A model generated the notes under the pieces. The model saw only the letters and a list, made by a program, of their open reading frames with translations, had not been told where the DNA came from and made no database searches. Below, one piece after another: positions 30,957 to 40,909 of a DNA stretch of 64,000 nt. The DNA is from an uncultured Pseudomonadota bacterium. Lineage in GTDB: Bacteria > Pseudomonadota > Alphaproteobacteria > JACZXZ01. Every line of letters starts with the position of its first letter. The first letter of the stretch is position 1. The stretch is from assembly GCA_963749075.1 (NCBI GenBank), contig CAVVLJ010000022.1, positions 64,001-128,000 of the forward strand, written 5' to 3'. The translations under genes were made by a program, and so were the position numbers.

Positions 30957-31001
30957 CTCAAAACGGTGTTGTCGCAGCTTCGAGTCCTGGCGGACCCACC
31001 A
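30957..31001 (+). other. second, degenerate tRNA-Ile(CAT) 3' fragment (att relic)
   Basis: Direct repeat of 29425-29469; similarity continues about 40 nt past the CCA. Confidence 0.85.
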
Positions 31002-31133
31002 GGATTTTCAATGACGTGCGGGATCGCCTCCTCTCCATTTCGGCCATATTCCCGAGATTCATCGCATTGGCCGCGCCGCCGTACCTGGTAGCCTCCCCGC
31101 TTACATGCAAGGCAACGGGGCGCGAAGCCGCAA

Positions 31134-32384
31134 TCAATAGATCGCCTTCAGCGGACCGCTTTCACTCGGCATTTCCGCGGCTTCGTCTGTTGCCGCCGCG
31201 AGGTCGCGGAGGTAATCCTCGCGGGCGTTCTCATGGATCAGCGTCAACATGAGATGGAGCCCGGGGGGATCGCGCGTGAGGCTGCACACCCAGCCGCGCC
31301 GGGTCATTCCCTTGGCGATGACGCCGACATTGGCGCCGTCGCAGCCGAATGACAGCAGCGTGAGATGGGGCTTTCCGAAGATGCGGAACCCGGGAATGGC
31401 CTCGATTCCGGCGATGTAGCCGTCCCGCATGGTCATGAGGCGGCGCGCCTCGCGGCGATAACCGTCCGCGCCGAGATAGTTGAGCGTCGCCCATGCCGCC
31501 GCGACGGCGCCGCCCGGGCGCGTTCCGACGACGGTTGCCACGGCATAGAGGCCGCTCGGCCATTCATCGATCTCGAACATGGCGCAGGCCGCGCGCTCAG
31601 CGTCGCGGAAGAACACCGTGGAGGCCGGCTTCGGCGTGAAACCGTACTTATGAAGATCGGCCGAAAGGGACATGACGCCCGGCAGCGCGAAGTCGAACTC
31701 CGGGACGGGGTAGCCGATCTGCCGGACAAAAGGAGCGAGATAGCCGCCGACGCAAGCGTCGGCGTGAAGCCAGACGCCCCTCTGCAACGCCAGCTCGCCG
31801 AGCTCGTCGATCGGGTCGATGACGCCTCTTGGGTAACAGGGCGCCGAGCCGACGATCATGATCGTGTCCTCGTCGATCGCCCGTTCGATCGCCCGCGGAT
31901 CCGCGCGGAGATCGGGCGATGTCGCGGTGCGGCGAACCTCGAGGTCCATCAGCCGCGCCGCCTTGCTGAAGGCCGGATGAGCGGTCTCGGCCATGACGAG
32001 GTTGCCGCGATGCAGAGGATCGGCATGGCGCCGGCGCACCCAGTCTCGGCAGGTCTTGACGGCCATTATGATGCTCTCGGTGCCGCCGGTGCTGAGGTAT
32101 CCGGCGGCCTCGCCGGGGGCGTGGAAGAGATCGAGACCGATGTCGACGATGTCCTTCTCCATCTGCCTCAGGCTGGGAAAGGCACGCCTCGCGCCGAGGG
32201 CGTTTTCGGTGAAATAGAGATTATAAGCCTGACGGCCGATCTCGGAGACGTCGTCGCTCCCGTTGCGAAAGATGAAGGCCGGCGTCCGGCCGCGGCGCCA
32301 ATCGGCGTCGTCGGCCAACAGGGCCTTCAACTCATCCAGGATGTCCTGCGCCTTTCGACCCTCGGCAGGCAACGTCGCTCGCAT
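31134..32384 (-). CDS. PLP-dependent sphingosine-1-phosphate-lyase-like enzyme (group II decarboxylase fold)
   Basis: TGGTESI, HPAFSKAA, GSAPCYP.GVIDPI, HADACVGG, SADLHKYG, GTRPGG. Confidence 0.88.
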   Translation of the reverse strand: MRATLPAEGRKAQDILDELKALLADDADWRRGRTPAFIFRNGSDDVSEIGRQAYNLYFTENALGARRAFPSLRQMEKDIVDIGLDLFHAPGEAAGYLSTGGTESIIMAVKTCRDWVRRRHADPLHRGNLVMAETAHPAFSKAARLMDLEVRRTATSPDLRADPRAIERAIDEDTIMIVGSAPCYPRGVIDPIDELGELALQRGVWLHADACVGGYLAPFVRQIGYPVPEFDFALPGVMSLSADLHKYGFTPKPASTVFFRDAERAACAMFEIDEWPSGLYAVATVVGTRPGGAVAAAWATLNYLGADGYRREARRLMTMRDGYIAGIEAIPGFRIFGKPHLTLLSFGCDGANVGVIAKGMTRRGWVCSLTRDPPGLHLMLTLIHENAREDYLRDLAAATDEAAEMPSESGPLKAIY

Positions 32385-32432
32385 GCCTTCCTCCCGGCTC
32401 AATGCTCGTCTCTTGTCTCGACTGCGCGATGA

Positions 32433-33209
32433 TCACTCCGGCAGCAGTTCGACGAGGAGACGCCGCCCGTCCTGCAGATCCTCCTGCACCGCGCGCACCA
32501 GGGACTTGGGATCCCTCCGGCGGATGGCGGCGAGCATGTCCGTGTGATGGGCGCCGCCTTTCCACCCGGCATCGTAGTAGGCCGGAAACAGCAAATTCAT
32601 CGACGGGCCGACTTGCAGCCAGAGCGTTTCCAGGATTTGCAGCAGGGACGGCATGGCGGCCGCGCCGTAGATCGTAAAATGAAAATCCTCGTTCAGCCGC
32701 AGAACCTCCTTCGTCACCCGGCGTCTGTAGGCGTCGCCGTGCGCCTCATAGAGCGCCTGAAGCCTGGCGTATTGCTGTGCCGTGACCTTGCGGCAGCCGG
32801 CCTCGGCCGCCAGTCCCTCGAGAGTCAACCGAATGACGCAGAGCTCGTCATAACGGCTCCGCGTCAGGACGGGGACGATCGCGGTCCGGCCCGGGCCTTG
32901 GGCCAAGACGCGCTCGGCGACGAGGCGGTTCAAGGCCTCGCGAGCCGGGGTCAGGCTGATCCCGAGCGTCGCCGCGATCTCTCGCGTGGTGAGCCGCTCG
33001 CCCGGCGACAAGAGGCCCCGGCGCAGCGCCGTGCGAAGGCTGCGGCAGGCCTGATCCCCCAAGGTGTCCGAACGCCAGACGGCCTGGAGACGGGACGTGA
33101 GCGCGCGCTTGCCGGAGCGAGGGCCGGCATCCGCCGCGACGTGGCGGTTCCTCGCGCTCTGTCTTTGCGCCGGGCGCCTCACGCCTTCGACCTTCGCTTG
33201 CGTTCCCAT
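32433..33209 (-). CDS. GntR/FCD regulator
   Basis: IAATLGISLTPAREAL, NEDFHF. Confidence 0.9.
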   Translation of the reverse strand: MGTQAKVEGVRRPAQRQSARNRHVAADAGPRSGKRALTSRLQAVWRSDTLGDQACRSLRTALRRGLLSPGERLTTREIAATLGISLTPAREALNRLVAERVLAQGPGRTAIVPVLTRSRYDELCVIRLTLEGLAAEAGCRKVTAQQYARLQALYEAHGDAYRRRVTKEVLRLNEDFHFTIYGAAAMPSLLQILETLWLQVGPSMNLLFPAYYDAGWKGGAHHTDMLAAIRRRDPKSLVRAVQEDLQDGRRLLVELLPE

Positions 33210-33250
33210 GGTCTCTCTGCGGGGTACGTCTCAAGATTGACCCTCGAGCT

Positions 33251-33269
33251 TGTTATATGTTATATCACA
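33251..33269. promoter_or_regulatory. candidate GntR operator TGTTATATGTTATATCACA
   Basis: AT-rich imperfect palindrome between divergent genes. Confidence 0.5.
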
Positions 33270-33454
33270 GACCGGTCAAATAGCCAGCATTGGCGGCCCC
33301 GACCGAGGGGCCAGCGACCCGCACGAAGCGACATCGACTGCCGGCGTTGGGAGAGGGGCGTGCAGAATTCCGGGAGCCTGTGGCCGGCCCCATGGCAGAG
33401 GCGGCGCGTTCCGCCTCCGGGCGGTAGAGCGCGATCCGGCAGGAAATCCCGCAT

Positions 33455-34258
33455 ATGAGCGCCGCCGCGCTCGCCCGCGCCGAGGCGGCCGCGTCGGGAT
33501 CCGCGATCGAGCTCGTCGAGCTGACAAAGACGTTCTGGCGCGGCGGGCAATCCACCGAGGCGCTTGCCGCCATCGATCTCACGGTCAAGGCAGGCGAGTT
33601 CGTCTGTCTGCTCGGGCCTTCGGGATGCGGCAAATCTACGCTTCTGCACATCGTTGCCGGATTCATAAGGCCCGATCTGGGGCAGGTTCTGATTGACGGC
33701 CGCCCGGCGGCGGGCCCTGGTGCCGACCGATGCATGATCTTCCAGTCTCCGACTTTGTTTCCGTGGCTCAGTACGCGCGACAATATTCTTTTCGGCCCGC
33801 GGGCCCAGGGAAAGGCTCTCGATGAGGCGGGGCAGGAAGCGGACAAGCTGCTGGACTTGGTAGGGCTTGTCGGTTTTGGCGAGCATTATCCGCATCAGCT
33901 TTCCGGCGGCATGCGGCACCGTGCGGCGCTTGCCCGCGCGCTCATCAATCACCCCCGGGTGCTGCTGATGGACGAGCCTTTTGCCGCTCTCGACGCCATC
34001 ACGCGCGCCTCGATGCAAGAATTCCTGCTGGAGCTATGGGAGCGCGAACGAACGACGATCGTCTTTGTGACGCACGATGTCGAGGAAGCGACGCTGCTCG
34101 CGGACAGGGTCTGCATCATGTCGGCGCGGCCTGGCCGCATCATGGCGGCGGCGGAGGTTCTCTTGCCGCGGCCCCGCGGCGAGGCCCTGCGCGATGCGCC
34201 GGAGTTCGTGGCACTCCGGCACCAGATGCGCATGGAGCTGGCGAGGGCGTGCCGATGA
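33455..34258 (+). CDS. ABC ATPase, nitrate/sulfonate/taurine type
   Basis: GPSGCGKST, LSGGM, LLMDEPF, VTHD. Confidence 0.95.
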   Translation: MSAAALARAEAAASGSAIELVELTKTFWRGGQSTEALAAIDLTVKAGEFVCLLGPSGCGKSTLLHIVAGFIRPDLGQVLIDGRPAAGPGADRCMIFQSPTLFPWLSTRDNILFGPRAQGKALDEAGQEADKLLDLVGLVGFGEHYPHQLSGGMRHRAALARALINHPRVLLMDEPFAALDAITRASMQEFLLELWERERTTIVFVTHDVEEATLLADRVCIMSARPGRIMAAAEVLLPRPRGEALRDAPEFVALRHQMRMELARACR

Positions 34259-35109
34259 CCGATCGGGGCACCGGCGCGGCGGGAGGCGCCGCAACGCCGG
34301 CGCCGCCGGCCGCCGGCTTCCTCTATCGGCACCAGCGATTGCTGTTCTCCGCAGGCAGCGTCTGTCTCGGGGTCGCCCTGTGGCAACTGGCCGCCATGCT
34401 CGTCATCCGTGATCCCGTCCTGCTGCCGACGCCCATCGAGACCGGCGATACTCTGTTGCGGTACCTGCGTACGCCTTATCCGACGGACGGCGAGACGCTC
34501 ATCGGGCATGCAGTCACCAGTTGCCTGCGTATTCTCATCGGCTTCACGATCGGCACGGTCATCGGCATTGCCGTCGGCGCTCTCATGGCAGGGATCCGTC
34601 CTGCCCGCGCCATGATCGATCCTTTCATCGAGATTACGCGCCCGCTGCCGCCGCTCGCTTTCGTCCCGGTGCTGGTCGTTTGGTTCGGCATCGGCGAGAC
34701 GCCCAAGATCGTTCTCATCGCGATAGGCGTCATTCCCGTGATGGCGGTCTCCACCGCAGCCGGGCTCGACCGCGTGTCGGAGGACATGCTGAACGTCGCA
34801 CGCAGCCTCGGTGCGTCGGAAATGCACACGATGCTCCATGTGCGGATCCGCTCCGCCATGCCGAGCATCGTGACCGGGATGCGTCTCGCCATGGGGCTGT
34901 CGTGGACCAGCATCGTTGCCGTCGAAATGATCGCGGCTACCGCAGGACTGGGCTACGTCATCCTGCAGGCCGGGATGTTCTTGAACACCAGCCTGATATT
35001 TGCCGGCATCCTGACGATCGGCGCTCTCGGCATTTTTATCGATGCGCTTCTGCGCCTGCTGCTTCGGCAGCTGGACCCGACCGTGGAGGAAGCGAAATCT
35101 TCGTCGTAA
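34255..35109 (+). CDS. ABC permease, TauC/SsuC type
   Basis: RPLPPLAFVP..WFGIGETPK, ARSLGAS. Confidence 0.93.
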   Translation: MTDRGTGAAGGAATPAPPAAGFLYRHQRLLFSAGSVCLGVALWQLAAMLVIRDPVLLPTPIETGDTLLRYLRTPYPTDGETLIGHAVTSCLRILIGFTIGTVIGIAVGALMAGIRPARAMIDPFIEITRPLPPLAFVPVLVVWFGIGETPKIVLIAIGVIPVMAVSTAAGLDRVSEDMLNVARSLGASEMHTMLHVRIRSAMPSIVTGMRLAMGLSWTSIVAVEMIAATAGLGYVILQAGMFLNTSLIFAGILTIGALGIFIDALLRLLLRQLDPTVEEAKSSS

Positions 35110-35142
35110 ACCGGAAATCACAGCGCAACGGGAGGACATGTC

Positions 35143-36168
35143 ATGCCAAGGATAAGCAGATGCCATTTCATCGGCGGGATGACGCTGGCGATCGCCTGTC
35201 TTGCGACATTGCGGTGTGCGGCCGCCGGCCAGGTGAATGTATCGACATGGGCGCACGGAGCGCCGCTTCAAGAGGCGGTCATCGCGACCCAGCCGGACTT
35301 GCTCAAAATGATTGCCGGTGAGATCAAATGGCTGCCCATAACGAGCGGTCCGGCGGCGCTCGCGGGCATGAAGGGCGGCGCCTACGCCATCGTCAACGGG
35401 ATCGGCAATCCGCCCGTTACGACGGCGATCGCGAAGGGCATCGATCTGAAGGTGGTGTGGGCGGCATTTTTCGATAACGCCGCCGTGGTCGTCGACCCGA
35501 CCCTCGCCAGCCCTGCGCAGATGGCGGGAAAGACCTTTGGCACGCTGCAAGGCGCCTCGGAGGATTTCGCCTTTCATGGCTGGCTGAAGTCGCAGGGCCT
35601 GGACGGCAAAGTGAAGATCGTCGGGCTCGAGCGGCAGGCAATGGTCGCGGCTTTCAAGACGAGGGCGATTTCGGGGGGCGTCAATTCCGAGCCGGCCCTA
35701 AGCCAGATGGTCGCCGACGGCGGCAAGGTGCTTGCAACCGTAAAGGACATCAGCAAGTTGGGGTATCCCGCGATAGACGTGGTGGCGGTCGATGCCGATT
35801 ATGCCAGCAAGAACCCCGCTGTGGTGCAAGGCTACGTATGCGCGCTCAAGGCTGCTTGGTCGCTGATGAATGGACCCTCCAAGGACGAGGTCTTCCGCAA
35901 AGCATCCGGATTCGTCGGCGCCGATCCCGCCACCGGCACCAAAGTGGGCAAATCCTGGCCGGTGTGGGATCCTAAGGATGAGCTGACGCAACAGGGGCTG
36001 GGCGAGCCCGGCCATATCGCTGACGGCGCCGTCGCACAGGCTTATTTCCGCACCGGCCAGTGGCTCAAAGAGCAAGGCCGCCTGGATAATCCGCCCTCCA
36101 TGGATATGATCGTTGCTCATATCGATATCAGCTACGCGCAAAAGGCGCTGAGCGGCGGCTGCAAGTAA
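35143..36168 (+). CDS. ABC substrate-binding protein, TauA-like
   Basis: Signal peptide, IKW..SG, IGNPP; operon context. Confidence 0.8.
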   Translation: MPRISRCHFIGGMTLAIACLATLRCAAAGQVNVSTWAHGAPLQEAVIATQPDLLKMIAGEIKWLPITSGPAALAGMKGGAYAIVNGIGNPPVTTAIAKGIDLKVVWAAFFDNAAVVVDPTLASPAQMAGKTFGTLQGASEDFAFHGWLKSQGLDGKVKIVGLERQAMVAAFKTRAISGGVNSEPALSQMVADGGKVLATVKDISKLGYPAIDVVAVDADYASKNPAVVQGYVCALKAAWSLMNGPSKDEVFRKASGFVGADPATGTKVGKSWPVWDPKDELTQQGLGEPGHIADGAVAQAYFRTGQWLKEQGRLDNPPSMDMIVAHIDISYAQKALSGGCK

Positions 36169-36206
36169 GCGGCCGCGGTTGGCGAGAGAAGCGCTCCTGG
36201 ATCGCG

Positions 36207-37409
36207 CTATGCGGCGCTGAATGGGCGAAGTGCCGCGATGTCCGGTGCTATGCCGAGACCGGGATCGTCGGAAAGGCGGCAGCGTCCGTCGGCTACGCGC
36301 GCGAGCGCGCCCATCAAGAGCGTGCGCAGCGGGTTGGGATTGGCGTCGATCTCGAGCATTCCGCCGCCGCCGGCCGCGGCGAGGAGGTGCGCCGAGGCGA
36401 GGAGGCCAATGCCGCCGCCGAGATAATGGGGGCAATAGGCAAGGCCGGCGGCGAGCGCGCGGCGCGCCACGGGAAGACAGCCGGAAAAGCCGCCCCATTT
36501 CGCCATGTCCGGCTGCAGCACGGAGAGCGCCTTGAGGCCGATCGCCGCGGCGAAATCCTGCGTGCCGGCGATGTTCTCGCCGGCCGCGAGCGGGATCGCC
36601 GAGCGGTGCGCGAGCTCCGCCCAGACGCCGGGTGCCGCATCGGCCCGCAGCGGCTCCTCGAGCCAGCGCAGCGCAAAGGGAGCCATGCGCTCCGCCATGG
36701 CGAGCGCCTCGTCGAGATCCCAAGCCTGGTTGGCGTCGACCATCAGCGCGGCACCGGCGCCGAGGAGCGCCCGGAGCTCGCCGAGATTGGCCATGTCCCG
36801 CTCCTCGCCGAAGCCGACCTTGAGCTTGAAGGCGCGATAGCCCTCGGCGCATTTCGCCTGGGCGAGCGCCGCGGCGCCGCCGGGATTGATGCCGCTGGCA
36901 TAGACCGACAGAGACGCGTCGCTGCCGCCGAGGAGATGCCAGAGCGGCTCGCCCGCGCGCCGCGCCGCGAGATCCCAAAGGGCCATGTCGAGACCGGCGA
37001 TGCATTGCGCGATGGGGCCCCGCTCGCCCGCCTGGATGGCCAGGATCTCGGTGGCGCGGGTGAGATCGGCGAACACCGCCGGCACGCTCTCGACATTGCG
37101 CCCGATGAGCATCGGCAGGAATACCGTCTCGACCAGCCGGGCGCGATGCTCGGCGCCGCATTCGGGGAAATTGCACCAGACCTCGCCCCAACCGCTGCAC
37201 CCTTCGCCGTCCGCGACGCGCAGCAGGAGCATCGGCCGCCGGCGCATCGTGCCGAAGGAGGTGACGACTGGTGCCGCGTTCGGCGCCCGATAGACGAGCG
37301 CCTCGACCCGCGCGATCCGGAAGGGCTCCGTGCGCGGCGCCGCGTCGAGCCCGCCAGAGGGCGGCCGCTCACTTCTTGAGATCGATTTCGAGATGGATGA
37401 AATCCCCAC
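36207..37409 (-). CDS. mandelate racemase/muconate lactonizing (enolase superfamily) enzyme; start uncertain
   Basis: GWGE, DMALWDL, FKLKVG, MVDANQ, WLEEP, AAGEN, QPD. Confidence 0.92.
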   Translation of the reverse strand: MGISSISKSISRSERPPSGGLDAAPRTEPFRIARVEALVYRAPNAAPVVTSFGTMRRRPMLLLRVADGEGCSGWGEVWCNFPECGAEHRARLVETVFLPMLIGRNVESVPAVFADLTRATEILAIQAGERGPIAQCIAGLDMALWDLAARRAGEPLWHLLGGSDASLSVYASGINPGGAAALAQAKCAEGYRAFKLKVGFGEERDMANLGELRALLGAGAALMVDANQAWDLDEALAMAERMAPFALRWLEEPLRADAAPGVWAELAHRSAIPLAAGENIAGTQDFAAAIGLKALSVLQPDMAKWGGFSGCLPVARRALAAGLAYCPHYLGGGIGLLASAHLLAAAGGGGMLEIDANPNPLRTLLMGALARVADGRCRLSDDPGLGIAPDIAALRPFSAA

Positions 37410-38094
37410 GATAGATGACTTCGCCTAGATAGATCACGGTGCCGTCGGCGCCGGCGAAGACCCGGCGCACATTGGCGACCGGCGAGTTGACGGGGATGCC
37501 GAGGCGCTCGGCCACCTCCATGTCGGCGGTGCCGACGGTCAGCGTCTGAACCGCCTTGGCGATCTCGACGCCGCGCAGGTTGCGCAGCAGCGGGATGACC
37601 GTCTCGTTGCGGAAGCGCGCGGGTGCCAGACGGAACACGCGGCTGTCGAGATAGATGTCGATGATGCAGTAGGGAACGTCGTTGCGGCGATGGACGCGCC
37701 GCATGAACTGATAGCTCGGGGCCGGCACGCCGTCCTTGGGCTGCAGCGGCGGCGCCGCCACGCTTTCGCAGATCAGCAGGAGCTCGGGCTTGGTGTCCTC
37801 ATAGACCTCCGACAGCGCCTCGAGGCTCGTCTCGAGCCGCAGCCAGCGCGTATCCTCCGGCCGCTCGGCCACGAAGGTGCCGCGCCCCTGCTGGCGAACG
37901 ATCAGACCCTCGTCGCTCAGCACGTCCATCGCCTGGCGCACGGTGACGCGCGCGACCCCGAATTCCTCGACGAGATCTTCGAGCGTCGGCAGCTTGTGTC
38001 CGGGCGGCCAGTTGCCGCGGACAAGCCGCTGCCGCATCAGGTCGGTGACCTCGACGTAAAGCGGAATCGACGCTCTCCTGAGCCTGCGCAACAA
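37369..38094 (-). CDS. GntR/HutC (UTRA) regulator
   Basis: FGVARVTVRQA..QGRGTFV and a UTRA-like C-terminus. Confidence 0.92.
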   Translation of the reverse strand: MLRRLRRASIPLYVEVTDLMRQRLVRGNWPPGHKLPTLEDLVEEFGVARVTVRQAMDVLSDEGLIVRQQGRGTFVAERPEDTRWLRLETSLEALSEVYEDTKPELLLICESVAAPPLQPKDGVPAPSYQFMRRVHRRNDVPYCIIDIYLDSRVFRLAPARFRNETVIPLLRNLRGVEIAKAVQTLTVGTADMEVAERLGIPVNSPVANVRRVFAGADGTVIYLGEVIYRGDFIHLEIDLKK

Positions 38095-38118
38095 AGCGGT
38101 TTCCTATAGACCTATCAT

Positions 38119-38135
38119 ATGGTTTATAATACCAT
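38119..38135. promoter_or_regulatory. candidate HutC-type operator ATGGT-TTATAAT-ACCAT
   Basis: Palindrome in a short divergent intergenic region. Confidence 0.55.
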
Positions 38136-38165
38136 TAGTTCGGAGCGAAGGGAAGCGAGACGCGC

Positions 38166-38999
38166 ATGGCCGCAGAGTCGAGCGCCGCAGCGGGCGGGGC
38201 GGCCGGTCGGCCGAGCCGGTGGGCAGGGGGCGGCGGCGCCGTATTGCGGCGGGCTGGGCTCCTGCTTCTGCCCTGGCTCGCCGTGCTCGCCCTGTGGTAC
38301 GCGGCGGCGCTCAGCGGCATGGTCAATCCCGGTCTCATCCCGACTCCATTCCAGGTGGCGGCGCGCTTCTGGCAGCTCCTCATGCGCGAGCGCCTGGCGC
38401 TCGACATCCTCATCTCCGCGGCGCGCGTCGCCGTGGGCGTGATCCTAGGTATCGTCTTCGCCGTGCCGGCGGGCTTCGCCGTCGGCTGGTACCGGCACAT
38501 CCGCACCTTCGTCGACCCGCTCATCAACTTCTTTCGCGCGCTGCCGCCGATCGCGCTGATCCCGCTGGTGATCGTCTACTTCGGCATCGGCGAGCTCGCC
38601 AAGGTGATGATCCTCTTCTATGCCTCGTTCTTCGCCGGCGTCATCGTGATGTACGAGGGCATCGGGCAGATCAGCCCGATCTACGTGCGCGTCGCCCGCA
38701 CGCTCGGTGCCACCGACGGCGAGATCTTCGGCAAAGTCATCATCCCCTTGGCCGTGCCGCATATGATAACGGCATTGCGCGTCGCACTCGGAGTGGCGTG
38801 GGCGACGCTCGTCGCGTCCGAGCTCATCGCGGCGCGGCGCGGCCTGGGCGCGGTCATCGAGAACGCCGCCTCCTTCTTCCAGCTCGACACCATCTATGTC
38901 GGCATCATCTGCATCGGCTTCGTAGCACTGGCCATGGATCTGGTGCTGCGCCTGGTGGCCCGGCGGCTGGTCGGCTGGCAGGAGAGGATCGGCGCATGA
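38166..38999 (+). CDS. ABC permease, SsuC/TauC type
   Basis: RALPPIALIP..FGIGE, ARTLGA, LVASE. Confidence 0.93.
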   Translation: MAAESSAAAGGAAGRPSRWAGGGGAVLRRAGLLLLPWLAVLALWYAAALSGMVNPGLIPTPFQVAARFWQLLMRERLALDILISAARVAVGVILGIVFAVPAGFAVGWYRHIRTFVDPLINFFRALPPIALIPLVIVYFGIGELAKVMILFYASFFAGVIVMYEGIGQISPIYVRVARTLGATDGEIFGKVIIPLAVPHMITALRVALGVAWATLVASELIAARRGLGAVIENAASFFQLDTIYVGIICIGFVALAMDLVLRLVARRLVGWQERIGA

Positions 39000-39820
39000 G
39001 CCCGCCGGAGAGCGCAGCGGAGCGCCTCGTCTTCAACCGCGTCTCGGTCGATTTCGCGACGCCCTCCGGGACGCTCAGCGTCGTCGAGGACGTGAGCTTC
39101 GGCATCCGCGACCGGGAATTCGTCTCGATCATCGGCCCATCGGGCTGCGGCAAGACGACGATGATGAACATCGTCGCCGGCTTCGTCTCGCCGACGCGCG
39201 GTTCGGTGACGCTCGACGGCAAGCCCGTCGCCGGGCCGGGGCCGGATCGCGGCGTGATCTTCCAGGAGTACGGCGTCTTTCCCTGGCTGACGGTCGAGCA
39301 GAACATCGATTTCGGCATGAAGCTGCGCGCCAACAATCTGAGCCAAGGCGAGCGCCGCGACATCCGCGAACGCTACATGCGGCTTATGGGACTGTCGGAT
39401 TTCGCGAGAGCCTACCCCAAGACGCTCTCGGGCGGCATGCGCCAGCGCCTGGCGATCGCGCGCGCCTATGCGGTGAAGCCGGTATTCCTCCTCATGGACG
39501 AGCCGTTCGGCGCCCTCGACGCGCAGACGCGCAGTGCGATGCAGAACCTGCTCTTGGAGCTGCTGCACCACGAGGGCAAGACGGTGATGCTCATCACGCA
39601 TTCGGTGGAGGAGGCGCTCTACCTCTCCTCGCGCATCGTCGTCGTCACCGCGCGTCCGGCAACGATCCGCACGATCATCGACGTACCTTTCCCCTATCCG
39701 CGCGGGGAGGGGCTCCACGAGACGGAGGCGTTCGGCGAGCTGCGCTCCGAGGTGCGCGATCTCGTCATGCGCGAATACGCCGCCCAACAGCGGCAAAGCC
39801 AGGCGGCAACCGCCGATTGA
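38996..39820 (+). CDS. ABC ATPase, SsuB/TauB type
   Basis: GPSGCGKTT, LSGGMRQR, LLMDEPFGALD. Confidence 0.95.
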   Translation: MSPPESAAERLVFNRVSVDFATPSGTLSVVEDVSFGIRDREFVSIIGPSGCGKTTMMNIVAGFVSPTRGSVTLDGKPVAGPGPDRGVIFQEYGVFPWLTVEQNIDFGMKLRANNLSQGERRDIRERYMRLMGLSDFARAYPKTLSGGMRQRLAIARAYAVKPVFLLMDEPFGALDAQTRSAMQNLLLELLHHEGKTVMLITHSVEEALYLSSRIVVVTARPATIRTIIDVPFPYPRGEGLHETEAFGELRSEVRDLVMREYAAQQRQSQAATAD

Positions 39821-39845
39821 GCGGCTCTTTAGGGAGGACGGAAAG

Positions 39846-40856
39846 ATGACCATGAAGCGACGCAGGTTCCTCGCCGGGCTCGGCGCCGGCGCAGCGCTGA
39901 CGGGTGCTGCGGGCTTGCCCATGCCCGCGCTTGCCCAGGCCGGGCGGAAGATCAAGATCGGCTATCTCCACACGCTCGCGGTCGACGGGCAGATTTGGCT
40001 CGGCGAGCACATGGGGACCTTCCGCAAGGAGGGACTCGACGTCGACTGGGCGCGCTTCACCACCGGCCTCGAGCTCTTCCAGGCGATGATCGGCGGCAGC
40101 ATCGACATGCTGGCGACGGGCGCCGTCATTTCCAATTTCCCGGCGCGCGGCCAAGGGAAGGCTTTCCTCATCAACGACATCGAGTTCGCCACGGCCCAGC
40201 TCTGGGTCCGCCCGGATCAGGGCATCCGCGACTTCGCCGATCTCAAGGGCAAGAGGATCTCGACCACGACCGGCACGACCGCGCATGTCTTTCTCGATCT
40301 GGCGCTGCGCAGCCACGGCCTCGGGCCGGATGACGTCGAGATCGTCAACCAGCGCATGCCGGACGCGGTCACGTCCTTCATCTCGGGCGCCGTTCCGGCG
40401 GTGGCGCTCTGGGTCCCGTTCAACATCGCCGTGCGCACGAAGGTCCCCACGGCGAAAATGCTCGTCGACGCTTCGGCCTATTACCCGAAGTCGGCGATCG
40501 TCGACGGCTGGGCGGCACGCAACGACGTGTACGAGAAGGACAAGGCGGTGCTCCGCCAAGTGATCCGCGCGTGGATACCCGCCAACGACTTCCTGGTGAC
40601 GCAGCCTGACGCGGCGCTCGAGATCATACAGAGCAACTATTACAAGGACGTGCCGCTGCCCGATCTCAAGGAGCAGTACAAGGCGGAGAAGACCTTCACC
40701 GCCGTGGCGTGGCGCAGGCTCTATGCCGACGGCACCGTGACCAAATGGCTCGATCAGGTCACCGACTTTTTCGTGAGGACGGGCGGCATCAGCTCTCCAG
40801 TGCACGCCGGACAATATTTCGATCCGAGCCTCTATCTCGGCCTCGTCAAGGCGTGA
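39846..40856 (+). CDS. ABC substrate-binding protein (SsuA/NMT1-like), Tat-exported
   Basis: RRRFL Tat motif, ADLKGKRI, GTTAH. Confidence 0.88.
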   Translation: MTMKRRRFLAGLGAGAALTGAAGLPMPALAQAGRKIKIGYLHTLAVDGQIWLGEHMGTFRKEGLDVDWARFTTGLELFQAMIGGSIDMLATGAVISNFPARGQGKAFLINDIEFATAQLWVRPDQGIRDFADLKGKRISTTTGTTAHVFLDLALRSHGLGPDDVEIVNQRMPDAVTSFISGAVPAVALWVPFNIAVRTKVPTAKMLVDASAYYPKSAIVDGWAARNDVYEKDKAVLRQVIRAWIPANDFLVTQPDAALEIIQSNYYKDVPLPDLKEQYKAEKTFTAVAWRRLYADGTVTKWLDQVTDFFVRTGGISSPVHAGQYFDPSLYLGLVKA

Positions 40857-40909
40857 TGCCGGAGCGGACGATCGCCCCGGCCAAGCCGCAGGAGCGCAAG
40901 GAGGACATC

